Program-made: the position numbers and the translations under genes
Notes under the pieces: model-generated
The model's database searches: none
The model's input: the letters and a program-made list of their open reading frames with translations, nothing else
Told to the model about the DNA's origin: nothing
Assembly: GCA_937981955.1 (NCBI GenBank)
Contig: CALJNA010000022.1
Span: 1,548 to 65,547, forward strand
Direction of reading: 5' to 3'
Length of the DNA stretch: 64,000 nucleotides
From: an uncultured Granulosicoccaceae bacterium
GTDB lineage: Bacteria; Pseudomonadota; Gammaproteobacteria; Granulosicoccales; Granulosicoccaceae
Shown here: positions 20,226-29,841 of the stretch, piece after piece
Position numbering within the stretch: position 1 is the first letter of the stretch
How the letters are laid out: every line of letters begins with the position of its first letter

Positions 20226-20372
20226 GGGTGATCCTCTCAAATGGGACTGTGCGCCCCGAAGTAAAGCTATTTAACTAATGCCATTTCAAGTCGGCTAGCC
20301 TGACCCCAGGGAAATTAAAGATTTCTGTGGACAATCGTTTGCTGGAAAGCAACTGCGCACAGTAACCGGCGG

Positions 20373-20401
20373 ATATTAGCGGTTTTTGATGCGTTGGTCA
20401 A
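20373..20401 (-). promoter_or_regulatory. Sigma70-like promoter of rplU
   Basis: Minus strand TTGACC (20401-20396), 17-nt spacer, TAATAT (20378-20373), then a GC-rich discriminator CCGCCGG. Confidence 0.7.
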
Positions 20402-20486
20402 TTGGCAGGGACCCGTGAACGCCAGTGTTTCCTCCTTCCGGTCGCTTGTGTATGGTCAGGTTTTCACTTAACGCGACTTTGAGCTC

Positions 20487-21815
20487 ATGTCTCAGGTATT
20501 TGCAAGGCACGCTAACTATCCATTACCGGTTATTCAATCTGGAGATGGCATACATTTGACAGATTCGGATGGTCGTCGCTATCTGGACGCTTGCGGCGGA
20601 GCTGCGGTGTCATGCCTTGGTCATAGCAACCAGCACGTGACGGATGCGGTCAAAGCGCAGATGGATAAGATAGCGTACGCACACACCAGCTTTTTCACCT
20701 CTGAACCCGCGGAGAAATTGGCGACCAAGCTCGTATCAAAGGCACCTGACGGAATTGGTCATGTTTATTTGGTCTCAGGCGGTTCTGAGGCGGTCGAGGC
20801 AAGCATCAAGCTTGCCCGCCAGTATCACCTGGAACTGGGCCAGTCCGAGCGCCAGTACATCATCTCACGACGGCAAAGCTATCACGGCAACACATTGGGC
20901 GCACTGGCAGCGGGTGGCAACCAATGGCGACGACAACAATTCCAACCGTTATTGTCCGATGCCATGCAGCACATAGATGCCTGCCATTTCTGGCGTTTTG
21001 CAGAGAATGGCGAAACGCCTTACGACTATGGGCAGCGTGTGGCTAATCAGTTGGAAGCCGCCATCAAGGAACTTGGGGAAACCAGCGTAGCGGCGTTTAT
21101 CGCCGAGCCGGTTGTTGGTGCGACTATGGGCGCCGTAACGGCGGAGGCGGGGTATTTCCAACGCATCCGGGAAATTTGTGACGAGTACGGTGTGCTGCTG
21201 ATACTCGATGAAGTCATGTGCGGCATGGGTCGCACGGGTACTTTTTTTGCCAGTGAACACGAACAGATCTTGCCTGATATTGTTTGTATAGCAAAAGGGC
21301 TTGGAGCTGGTTTTCAACCTATCGGCGCAATGCTGTGCTCAAAACATATTCATCAGGCGATTGTTAATGGGAGTGGTTTTTTTCAGCATGGACATACTTA
21401 TCTGGGGCATCCCGTTGCCGCCGCTGCCGGTTTGGCGGTTATTGAAGAAATAGAGCGGCAGGATCTTCTAAACCGGGTACATACCGGCGGTCCGGCTTTT
21501 CAGAACATGCTGCACGAGAGTCTGTCAAATCACCCTAACGTTGGGCATATTCGTGGCAGAGGTTTTTTCGTTGGTGTTGAACTGGTTGAAGACAAGCAAA
21601 CCAAACAAACACTTGACCCGGCAAAACGTACGCATGCAAAACTGAAAAAGGCGGCGTTTGAAAACGGATTGATGATATATCCCATGGGAGGCACGGTTGA
21701 CGGCAAACACGGTGATCATGTTTTGCTGGCGCCGCCGTTTATCGCCACAGATGCCGAGCTGGCCGAAATCGCCGACCGGCTCAGCAGTTCACTTCATCAG
21801 GTGTTACCGACTTAA
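20487..21815 (+). CDS. PLP-dependent class III (omega) aminotransferase
   Basis: YLDACGGAAV, GGSEAVE, SYHGNT, AEPVVG, DEVMCGMGRTG, AKGLG, HGHTY. Confidence 0.9.
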   Translation: MSQVFARHANYPLPVIQSGDGIHLTDSDGRRYLDACGGAAVSCLGHSNQHVTDAVKAQMDKIAYAHTSFFTSEPAEKLATKLVSKAPDGIGHVYLVSGGSEAVEASIKLARQYHLELGQSERQYIISRRQSYHGNTLGALAAGGNQWRRQQFQPLLSDAMQHIDACHFWRFAENGETPYDYGQRVANQLEAAIKELGETSVAAFIAEPVVGATMGAVTAEAGYFQRIREICDEYGVLLILDEVMCGMGRTGTFFASEHEQILPDIVCIAKGLGAGFQPIGAMLCSKHIHQAIVNGSGFFQHGHTYLGHPVAAAAGLAVIEEIERQDLLNRVHTGGPAFQNMLHESLSNHPNVGHIRGRGFFVGVELVEDKQTKQTLDPAKRTHAKLKKAAFENGLMIYPMGGTVDGKHGDHVLLAPPFIATDAELAEIADRLSSSLHQVLPT

Positions 21816-22756
21816 TTTGCCAGCGACAAATCCAGATCGTGCAGCGTCTGGTAACAGGCAAGCACACCGGCTACGGATGAGTTCGGTTCGCGACTTTCCG
21901 CGATGCTTGCGAAAAATTCGCGATCCTGCAGTTCGATGCCATTCATTGATACTGCAACCTTGCTAACATCGATCGGTTCTTCTTTCCCGTTCACCAGATC
22001 ATCGTAGCGTGCGATATAGGTGCCGTTATCACAAATGTAGCGAAAGAACGTTCCCAGTGGCCCATCGTTGTTAAACGAAAGCGATAAAGTACATATTGCA
22101 CCACCTTCCGTTTTTAGTTGAATGGACATATCCATTGCAATGCCTAACTCCGGATGGATGGGACCTTGCACAGCATTCGCCTGAATCACTTTTTCTCCTA
22201 CCTGATACTGAAACAGGTCTACTGTGTGGGCAGCATGATGCCAGAGCAGATGATCTGTCCATGAACGCGGCTGACCCAGCGCATTCATGTTGGTGCGGCG
22301 AAAGAAATACGTTTGCACATCCATTTGTTGAATCTTTATTTCTCCGGCATCTATCTTGTTTCTTATGTACTGGTGCGATGGATTGAATCTTCTGGTGTGG
22401 CCCACCATGCAAGTCAGGCCAGTTTCTTTCTGTGTTTGAAGCACTTTTTTCGCATCTTCGAGTGAATCTGCCAGAGGAATTTCTACCTGTACATGCTTGC
22501 CTGCCTGCATACATTGGATAGCTTGCGAGGCGTGCATTTGAGTGGGAGTGCAAAGAATTGCAGCGTCTACATCGGGCAAGGCGAGCGCCTGTGCAAGATC
22601 GGTAAACGCGTGTTCGACATTGTACTTTGCAGCAACCTCTTTAGTCGGCTCAATTCTGCGGCCGACAATGCCCACAACATCTACACCATCAATGTTTTGA
22701 ATGCCGTCCAGATGTTTTGTACCAAAAGCGCCTGCGCCTGCCACGATGACTTTCAT
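21812..22756 (-). CDS. ligC: 4-carboxy-2-hydroxymuconate-6-semialdehyde dehydrogenase (LigC/PmdC; Gfo/Idh/MocA family)
   Basis: GAGAFG, KHVQVEIP, GHTRRFNPSHQ, QTYFFRRTNMNALGQPRSWTDHLLWHHAAHTVDLF and NGIELQDREF. Confidence 0.8.
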   Translation of the reverse strand: MKVIVAGAGAFGTKHLDGIQNIDGVDVVGIVGRRIEPTKEVAAKYNVEHAFTDLAQALALPDVDAAILCTPTQMHASQAIQCMQAGKHVQVEIPLADSLEDAKKVLQTQKETGLTCMVGHTRRFNPSHQYIRNKIDAGEIKIQQMDVQTYFFRRTNMNALGQPRSWTDHLLWHHAAHTVDLFQYQVGEKVIQANAVQGPIHPELGIAMDMSIQLKTEGGAICTLSLSFNNDGPLGTFFRYICDNGTYIARYDDLVNGKEEPIDVSKVAVSMNGIELQDREFFASIAESREPNSSVAGVLACYQTLHDLDLSLAN

Positions 22757-22841
22757 AAGATTCTCTTCTTCGTATTAATAAACGTGTTAGTGATAGCTAT
22801 TTTTCTGTTTAATATATAAAAAGTATTGAACACGGCAATAG

Positions 22842-24032
22842 CTAAATGTTTAACGGTAATCCAATGTAATTTTCTGCGATGCTTTTCGATGCTGCTTCTG
22901 AATCTCGGATGTAGTCGAATTCAGCACGCTGCATTTTTTTTTCAAAATCGCTATGCGTTGGTATCTGGTGCATTAACATGGATAGGTACCAGGAAAAACG
23001 TTCGACTTTCCATACCCGCTGTAAGCATGTTGTCGAATAGTTTTCCAGGCCGGATGAATCTTTCTGCCGATAGTGCTTTATAAATGCATCATGCAAAATT
23101 CTCACGTCTGCAATGGCAAGATTCAGTCCTTTTGCACCTGTTGGCGGTACGATATGCGCAGCATCACCTGCTAGAAACAGATTCCCGTACCGCATTGGTT
23201 CGGCCACAAATGATCGCAGTGGCGCAATACTTTTTTCGAAAGAATCTCCCCTGACGAGGCTTGCCGCAATTGAATCACCGAGTCGAATTTCAAGTTCGTC
23301 ATAGAACCGCGCATCATCCCAGTTTTCGATATTGTCGTTGGTGTCACATTGAATGTAGTAGCGTGAGCGCGACGGTGATCGCATAGAGCACAAGGCAAAT
23401 CCGTTTGGATGATTTGCATAGATTAGCTCTTCTGCAATCGGCGGTGCTTCGCACAAAATGCCAAGCCATCCGAACGGATAAACACGTTCAAAAACACGTA
23501 ACACATCGTCAGGTATGGATTGGCGCGATATGCCATGAAAACCGTCGCACCCGACCACGAATTCACATTGCACAGTGTGCCGGGTACCGTCTTTCTCGAA
23601 ATGGATGCAAGGTGATTGGCTGATCAGTGCATCAGGGGTGACATTATCAGCAGAGAAAATCAGGGGTGCATTCTGATCGAGTCGTCGTTGAATCAGATCT
23701 TTAGTCAGTTCTGTCTGCCCGTAAACAGTGACATGTTGGCCGGTATGTTTTTTTAGGTCGATCCGGTGCAGTTCTCCATCAAACGACAAATGGAATCCGT
23801 CGTGTGGCAGACCCTCGGCCAACAAACGCTGACTCACTCCGGCCTCGTGAAGAGCTTTTACGGTACCTTGTTCCAAAACACCCGCCCGCACCCGAGCTTC
23901 GATATGTTCACGACTTTGCCTGTCAATGACCACATTATCTATGCCTGCATTGTGTAGCAGCTGCGACAGCATCAGTCCAGCCGGCCCGGAACCGATAATG
24001 CCAACTTGTGTTTTGCGGGGGTACTGTGTCAT
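22842..24032 (-). CDS. pobA: 4-hydroxybenzoate 3-monooxygenase
   Basis: RVRAGVLEQGT, VYGQTE, GCDGFHG, YPFGWLGIL, EKSIAPLRSFVAEPM, GDAAHIVPPTGAKGLNLA, AENYIGLP. Confidence 0.95.
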   Translation of the reverse strand: MTQYPRKTQVGIIGSGPAGLMLSQLLHNAGIDNVVIDRQSREHIEARVRAGVLEQGTVKALHEAGVSQRLLAEGLPHDGFHLSFDGELHRIDLKKHTGQHVTVYGQTELTKDLIQRRLDQNAPLIFSADNVTPDALISQSPCIHFEKDGTRHTVQCEFVVGCDGFHGISRQSIPDDVLRVFERVYPFGWLGILCEAPPIAEELIYANHPNGFALCSMRSPSRSRYYIQCDTNDNIENWDDARFYDELEIRLGDSIAASLVRGDSFEKSIAPLRSFVAEPMRYGNLFLAGDAAHIVPPTGAKGLNLAIADVRILHDAFIKHYRQKDSSGLENYSTTCLQRVWKVERFSWYLSMLMHQIPTHSDFEKKMQRAEFDYIRDSEAASKSIAENYIGLPLNI

Positions 24033-24243
24033 GTGGTCTCAAATGGATTGTCAACTGGCCGTGCCCGCTCAGTAACCACAAGTGTACAATCGGCAGGTGT
24101 TGGACACAATGGCGCACTGAGTGCCAGTTCAGCCTCACAGGCAGTCTGTACTTGAACTTCCGAGCAGCTGATGATGACCACTCGGTTTTGGCTCGACGAA
24201 CAATAAAACCGACCTTACCAATCCCTATTTCAACGCCGTTTCT

Positions 24244-25131
24244 ATGACAACCCAGACTTATTCGAAAGGGGTTCTATATGTTGTACTCGGTGGTATTTTT
24301 CTGAGTTCCGGCGGGTTACTGGTCCGGTTCGTTGATCAGGCCAGTCCCTGGGCCATTCTGTTTTATCGCTCGCTGGTTTTTACTTTTACAGTGATGCTGT
24401 TTCTTCTGCTACGTAACAAAGGTGCATTTAAAGATCAGTTTCGCGCTATCAAACCCATCGACTTTCTTGTCTCCTTTTTACTGGCACTTGGTTTTATTTT
24501 TTATTTGCTCAGTTTGTTCAATACAAGTGTTGCGAACACCGTACTGCTGTTAAGTACTGGACCGGTCGCAGCGGGCGTACTGGCATATTTCGTACTCGGT
24601 GAATCCCTTAAAGCGCTTACTTTTGTATCTATGGGGTTAGCATTTGCTGGTGTCTGCGTCATGGTATCCGGTGGTGTCAGCGGAGGTGATTATTTGGGTA
24701 TGTTGTTCGCATTGGGTGCGGTATTGTCATTTGCTTGCTTTGTCGTGTTGCTTCGTTATCTGGGGCCGCAACGTGACATGATGGCACCGACTGCGCTGGC
24801 TGGCATTGTGGCTGCGCTGATGTGCGTCCCCATGCTACTGCCGCTGGGCGACTCGCTGATGATTTCAGCGAAGGATTTAGTCATTGCTGTATGTCTCGGC
24901 AGTGTTCAGGTTGGCTTCGGATTTATCTGCATCACCTTAGGTTCCCGAAGTGTGCCGGCTGCTCAGATACCGCTTTTGGGCTTATCGGAAACGGCGTTGT
25001 CGCCGTTGTGGGTGTGGTTGGCCGTCAACGAAGTACCTGCTCGAAACACACTGATAGGTGGCGCTATCGTTCTTGTTGCTGTGCTGCTACAAGGCTACGC
25101 TGGTATGAGAAGCGACAGGCAACTCCGATAG
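24244..25131 (+). CDS. DMT/EamA-family transporter
   Basis: About ten TM segments in two EamA repeats (LGE motif; ETALSPLWVWL..NEVP). Confidence 0.85.
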   Translation: MTTQTYSKGVLYVVLGGIFLSSGGLLVRFVDQASPWAILFYRSLVFTFTVMLFLLLRNKGAFKDQFRAIKPIDFLVSFLLALGFIFYLLSLFNTSVANTVLLLSTGPVAAGVLAYFVLGESLKALTFVSMGLAFAGVCVMVSGGVSGGDYLGMLFALGAVLSFACFVVLLRYLGPQRDMMAPTALAGIVAALMCVPMLLPLGDSLMISAKDLVIAVCLGSVQVGFGFICITLGSRSVPAAQIPLLGLSETALSPLWVWLAVNEVPARNTLIGGAIVLVAVLLQGYAGMRSDRQLR

Positions 25132-25154
25132 CAGAAGGTCGGGTTCATTTTGTA

Positions 25155-25820
25155 TCAGTCCGGCTGGGGTAACGCCGCAACAATATGTACCCGATGAGTT
25201 TCACCACCGTTCAGCGCTGTATGGTATCCACGTGTATCGGTAAAATAGACCGAACCATCGGCAGGCAAGTGAGTAACGTGATGGTTAACAACAAACAGCG
25301 ACCCCGGATTAGAAATAATCGGTATATGTAAGCGTGGCTCCGGGTCACGATGCCAGGAATTGCAGTTGTACAGCCCTTTGGATAAAACGCGCATTCGACC
25401 AATTGGTGCGATTTCCTTTAACGTTAACCAGACCTCGTGGAAGTACGAGTTTGAAAATGCCGGTACGAATTCGGTGAAAGCGAATTCATCGACTTTCTCC
25501 TCTCGAACCACTTCCCGGTAAGAGTCGTCAACTCGGGTATGAAACAAACCGGATAAATCATTGGCGGTTTCGATTTCAACCCCGGGTCTGCGTGTTAACG
25601 AAAACGCACCAAATCCATCATCCACTGCGCCTTTGAAGTCGGTTGTCTGCAAGGTTTGCTTTAGTGCACGACGCAGTTCACTAATATCAAATTTGATAGG
25701 TAGCTTCTCGATACCCGGACCGGGTTTAAAGCGCGCTACCGATTCTGTATCGGGTTGCGTGCTCAAACAGAGTGCCAACTGCTGGCGAGCCTGACTCAGT
25801 TGGGCTTGATCACTGTGCAT
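25155..25820 (-). CDS. Fe(II)/2-oxoglutarate oxygenase, aspartyl/asparaginyl beta-hydroxylase-like
   Basis: WHRD...RLHIPI...YHTALNGG..RVHIV, giving an HxD..H triad and a distal Arg. Confidence 0.75.
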   Translation of the reverse strand: MHSDQAQLSQARQQLALCLSTQPDTESVARFKPGPGIEKLPIKFDISELRRALKQTLQTTDFKGAVDDGFGAFSLTRRPGVEIETANDLSGLFHTRVDDSYREVVREEKVDEFAFTEFVPAFSNSYFHEVWLTLKEIAPIGRMRVLSKGLYNCNSWHRDPEPRLHIPIISNPGSLFVVNHHVTHLPADGSVYFTDTRGYHTALNGGETHRVHIVAALPQPD

Positions 25821-25919
25821 TGGGAAAGCCTTTGTGCATCAAATATTAAAAATTTAGCACAATATGGTAGCGTTGATGATCTAATTGTATCCAGAGAATA
25901 CGGGATTGAGACAGGGTTA

Positions 25920-26801
25920 ATGACAGGCGGACTGAATACATTTGCGTTGAGTGGTGTTATCGGCATTATCGATTCGGCGGCAGAGCAACTCGATTTGGCC
26001 GTTTCGTCCAAGCTGCGCTGCGTGGAGGTACGTGCCGATTTACTGCGCAGCAAAGGTTTAACCGATGCTGAACTCATGTCAGTGGTAAGAGCTGCCAAGG
26101 CTAAATCATTGTCATGCCTTTTCACACTGCGGCACGCTGACCAGGGAGGCACTTTCAGTGCAGAAGAAACCGAACGTGTGGCGCTTTGTCAGCAGGCGAT
26201 TGGAGCAGGTGCTGACATTATAGATCTTGAACATGGCACTGAAGCATCTACGATCATGTTGCGGGAAGGTGCTTCGATGATTCTGAGTTATCACAATTTT
26301 AACGCCATGCTAGATGCGTCTGAACTGGCATCACTGACCCAGCGCATGGAGCAGCAATCTCCAGCCGCTATTAAGGTGATTCCAACGGGCAGCTCACTGG
26401 ATGATGCCCGTACCATGTTGTCCTGGGTCGCACAGGCAAACGGCAGTACCAGGCGAATCGGATTCAGTATGGGCGAAGCGGGTGGAGTCAGTCGAATTCT
26501 TGCGCCAGCGTTTGGATCACCAGTCACTTACGCAAGCTTCGGTGCACCAGTGGCACCGGGGCAAGTGGACATAGCTTTGTTGCTGAATCGATACAAATGC
26601 AATGCTATGGGAACAGATACCAAAATTGTAGCGGTCACCGGCGATACCGAGAAGCAAGTAGAAGACTATATCGATGTCCAGCGTAGTGCGAATACAGCAT
26701 CTGGTGCGTCTACCGTTTGGGTGGGATTCCATACAAACCAGCATGACTGGCTTGAAGAGCACAAAAGCATTTTAAAAGTCAGCGAAATCTGCGTACTTTA
26801 G
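25920..26801 (+). CDS. aroD: Type I 3-dehydroquinate dehydratase with C-terminal extension
   Basis: VEVRAD, FTLRHADQGG, IDLE, SYHNF (His), AIKV (Schiff-base Lys), MGEAGGVSR, APGQ. ATG 25920 preferred. Confidence 0.82.
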   Translation: MTGGLNTFALSGVIGIIDSAAEQLDLAVSSKLRCVEVRADLLRSKGLTDAELMSVVRAAKAKSLSCLFTLRHADQGGTFSAEETERVALCQQAIGAGADIIDLEHGTEASTIMLREGASMILSYHNFNAMLDASELASLTQRMEQQSPAAIKVIPTGSSLDDARTMLSWVAQANGSTRRIGFSMGEAGGVSRILAPAFGSPVTYASFGAPVAPGQVDIALLLNRYKCNAMGTDTKIVAVTGDTEKQVEDYIDVQRSANTASGASTVWVGFHTNQHDWLEEHKSILKVSEICVL

Positions 26802-26890
26802 TGCCAGCCTGGTAAAGACTTACACTTGAACGAATGCAGATAGAAACGCTTCGCACAGACCGTTCCGAATTAACTGACTGAGCCCGACTT

Positions 26891-27601
26891 ATGACGCAAC
26901 CAGAATTATCGACCGAGCTACTGGACCTTCTTCGTAGCGTTGACACACCCAGTGTGTGTAACGCGATTGAAGTAGCGCAAAAAAAACGTGGCTTTTCGAA
27001 CTTCACACATAAGACCATGTTGATAAATGATTCGACTTATCCGGCCATAGTCGGTTATGCGCGAACAGCCAAAATTGCAGCATTGCACCCCCCGGAAGAG
27101 AAGCCGGAGGTTATTAAAGCGCGCCGCATGCAATACTTTCGGGAAATGGCTCAAGGACCAAGACCGGCTATTGCTGTTATTGAAGATGTTGATTATCCAG
27201 ATTGCATCGGTGCCTGGTGGGGTGGCGTTCATACGGCAGTGCATAACGGCCTGGGATTGTGTGGTGCTGTCACTAATGGCGTCATGCGAGATCTTGGCGA
27301 TATGCAACCGGGTTTTAGCGTGGTCGCCGGGTCGATTGGTCCCAGTCATGGTTTCGTGCATGTACGCGAATTGGGAACGCCAGTTAGCATTATGGGTATG
27401 CAGGTAGAACAGGGCGATCTGATTCACGCTGACAGGCATGGCGCGCTGGTCATTCCAACCGAGGTTATACCTGAATTATTCGCAGCCTTGACCAACATGA
27501 TGGAGACAGAATCCATCATTCTGGACCCGGCACGCGAGCCTGACTTTACCATTGAAAAACTTGAGGCAGCGTGGGCGGCGTTTGAGAAAGCTCGTACGTA
27601 A
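26891..27601 (+). CDS. RraA/HMG-CHA aldolase family protein
   Basis: DTPSVCNA, VGYART, GAWWGG, TNGVMRD, GDLIHADRHG. Confidence 0.82.
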   Translation: MTQPELSTELLDLLRSVDTPSVCNAIEVAQKKRGFSNFTHKTMLINDSTYPAIVGYARTAKIAALHPPEEKPEVIKARRMQYFREMAQGPRPAIAVIEDVDYPDCIGAWWGGVHTAVHNGLGLCGAVTNGVMRDLGDMQPGFSVVAGSIGPSHGFVHVRELGTPVSIMGMQVEQGDLIHADRHGALVIPTEVIPELFAALTNMMETESIILDPAREPDFTIEKLEAAWAAFEKART

Positions 27602-27643
27602 ACGCGAGTAAACCTGCGTGCGGACACCGGTACGCACAATACA

Positions 27644-27698
27644 TACACGCAAACGTGTATAAACACACTAACGTGCATAAACACGAAAGCGTGTACAA
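27644..27698. repeat. Three tandem 18-bp imperfect palindromic repeats
   Basis: ACACGCAAACGTGTATAA (27645), ACACACTAACGTGCATAA (27663), ACACGAAAGCGTGTACAA (27681). Confidence 0.75.
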
Positions 27699-27721
27699 GG
27701 GTGCACGTAAAGTTGAGCTCT

Positions 27722-28432
27722 ATGACACTCAAAAATCAGTTAGGTCAGCCGATTGGTTTCCCTGTTACACCGTGGCAAAAAGCGAAAGTGCCAACGCGTG
27801 AAGACAACATTGGAGAACATGTAACCTTAAAGTGTATTGTTGACACGCAAGCTTGCAATGCGCTCTTCAATGCTTACGCATCGGACACTGACGGAAAGAA
27901 CTGGACTTATCTTCCTTATGGACCATTTAAACAACAGTCAGATTTTGTTGATTGGTTTGAAAGTACCTGTTTAGCTGACGATCCGCTTTTTCATGTTGTT
28001 TACGACAACCTATCGAAAAGTCCGGTTGGTTTGGCAAGCTATCTTCGTGTTAATCCTGATGCAGGTTCGATTGAAGTTGGACATATTCATTTTTCTCCAC
28101 TGTTGCAACGAACCCCAATGGCAACCGAAGCCATGTATCTGATGATGCGTCGTGTTTTCGATGAGCTTGATTTTCGCCGTTACGAATGGAAATGTGATGC
28201 GCTAAACGAACCATCAAAACGAGCAGCGCTTCGATTGGGTTTTACCTATGAAGGCACTTTTCGACAGGCCACAACCTACAAGAAACGGAATCGTGATACA
28301 GCCTGGTTTTCAATTACCGACAAGGAGTGGCCAAAGATTAAATCAGGGTTCGAGCGTTGGCTGCAACCCGGCAATTTCACCGAAAAAGGTGAGCAGATTA
28401 AATCGCTCGAAGCTTGTCGAAACGAGGTGTAA
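27722..28432 (+). CDS. GNAT/RimL-family N-acetyltransferase
   Basis: WTYLPYGPF, GSIEVGHI, RRYEWKCDALN.PS.RAA.RLGF.YEG.FRQ, RNRDTAWFSI. Confidence 0.9.
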   Translation: MTLKNQLGQPIGFPVTPWQKAKVPTREDNIGEHVTLKCIVDTQACNALFNAYASDTDGKNWTYLPYGPFKQQSDFVDWFESTCLADDPLFHVVYDNLSKSPVGLASYLRVNPDAGSIEVGHIHFSPLLQRTPMATEAMYLMMRRVFDELDFRRYEWKCDALNEPSKRAALRLGFTYEGTFRQATTYKKRNRDTAWFSITDKEWPKIKSGFERWLQPGNFTEKGEQIKSLEACRNEV

Positions 28433-28616
28433 GGCGCATAACTCACGTACTGTACTTGATCGACAGAGTGTCTTGATGAAAGCAAATATTGACTTGAACT
28501 TGGGTCAACCACGTTCGATATGTCGTAACTTCAACTTGTTGCGGTTTTTTAGGCCTTTTACTTGCCAGACATCTGTTTTAAACTGATTATCAACGAATTC
28601 AACGGAAAGATAAAGC

Positions 28617-29822
28617 ATGTCCACACCGGTTAAGGCGGTTTCGCATGAAAATAAGAGCTGGGTGAATGTGCACGCGGGCGATCTCGACACGTTTATTCAG
28701 CAGGTATCACAGCAGACCAATCTATCCGATTGGCCTTTAGCGCAAGCAGTAGAGCAAAATTTACTGGTGTACTCTGGCGACGCCGTGCGCAAGGCTGCAA
28801 CGCAAGAGGCATCCCGTCAGGCTTTAATGCATGAATGGGCACGCGCACTGAAATCCGGGCCGGGCATTATTGCCATCCAGAATGCCATGCCCGATCACGA
28901 TGCTATTGATAACGCCAATACACTGTTTTCCGAAATCATTGAAATCCAACGTGCATCGGGTGCAGACACCGGCGATCATTTTGCTAAACCGGGAGCTAAC
29001 GATCGTGTCTGGAATGCATTGGAAAAACACTGCGTTGCTGACCCTGTCGGTTTTGCCAATTATTATGCAAACGATGTTATTGCGATGATCTCGCATGCCT
29101 GGTTGGGTCGTGGATATCAGATTACCGCACAGGTTAATCGGGTCAATCCAGGTGGCAATGCGCAAACTGCACATCGTGACTATCATTTGGGATTCATGTC
29201 ACCCGCACAAATGCTCGAGTTTCCTGATCATGTGCATTCTTTTTGTCAAATGCTTACGCTGCAAGGTGCAGTTGCACACTGTGATATGCCGTTAGAATCC
29301 GGACCTACTTTATATTTGCCGTATTCGCAATTGCATCTGGAGGGCTACATTGCGTTTACGCGTGATGAATATCAAGCCTACTTTAACGAGCATCGAAAGC
29401 AACTGGCTTTAAAAAAAGGCGATATGGTGTTCTTTAACCCGGCCGTTATGCATGCAGCCGGCGATAACAAAACAACGGATATTTATCGGCTGGCGAATTT
29501 ACTGCAAGTGGGTTCGGCTTTTGGCCGCAGTATTGAAACTATTGATCGCACGCGCATGCTCGAGGCCTTGTACCCGACCTTGCTCGAATTGACGACCGAT
29601 AACAGTGTCAGTCAGCAACATTTGCACAACATCGTGGCCGCATCAGCGGAAGGGTACTCATTTCCAACCAACCTCGATTCCGACCCACCCGTGGCCGGAC
29701 TGGCTCCACAAACTCAAAATGAACTCGTACATGAAGCCCTGAACGCAAGTGAATCAGTTAAACAATTCAAGTCGCGTTTACAAGCCATGGCGAACCGGAA
29801 ATTGTCGATACCGGCAAGTTAA
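28617..29822 (+). CDS. Phytanoyl-CoA dioxygenase (PhyH) family protein
   Basis: QTAHRDYHLG (HxD), SGPT, GDMVFFNPAVMHAAG.N and distal Arg. Confidence 0.85.
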   Translation: MSTPVKAVSHENKSWVNVHAGDLDTFIQQVSQQTNLSDWPLAQAVEQNLLVYSGDAVRKAATQEASRQALMHEWARALKSGPGIIAIQNAMPDHDAIDNANTLFSEIIEIQRASGADTGDHFAKPGANDRVWNALEKHCVADPVGFANYYANDVIAMISHAWLGRGYQITAQVNRVNPGGNAQTAHRDYHLGFMSPAQMLEFPDHVHSFCQMLTLQGAVAHCDMPLESGPTLYLPYSQLHLEGYIAFTRDEYQAYFNEHRKQLALKKGDMVFFNPAVMHAAGDNKTTDIYRLANLLQVGSAFGRSIETIDRTRMLEALYPTLLELTTDNSVSQQHLHNIVAASAEGYSFPTNLDSDPPVAGLAPQTQNELVHEALNASESVKQFKSRLQAMANRKLSIPAS

Positions 29823-29841
29823 AGTTTCAAACTCGCCACGC

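Noticed and set aside
24160-24215. Hammerhead ribozyme or fluoride riboswitch around GCTGATGA
   Set aside because: The hammerhead GAAA core (GAAC here) and the fluoride 5' element are missing; only generic hairpins remain.
27644-27698. CRISPR array
   Set aside because: The 18-bp units abut with no spacers, are degenerate, and no cas genes are present.
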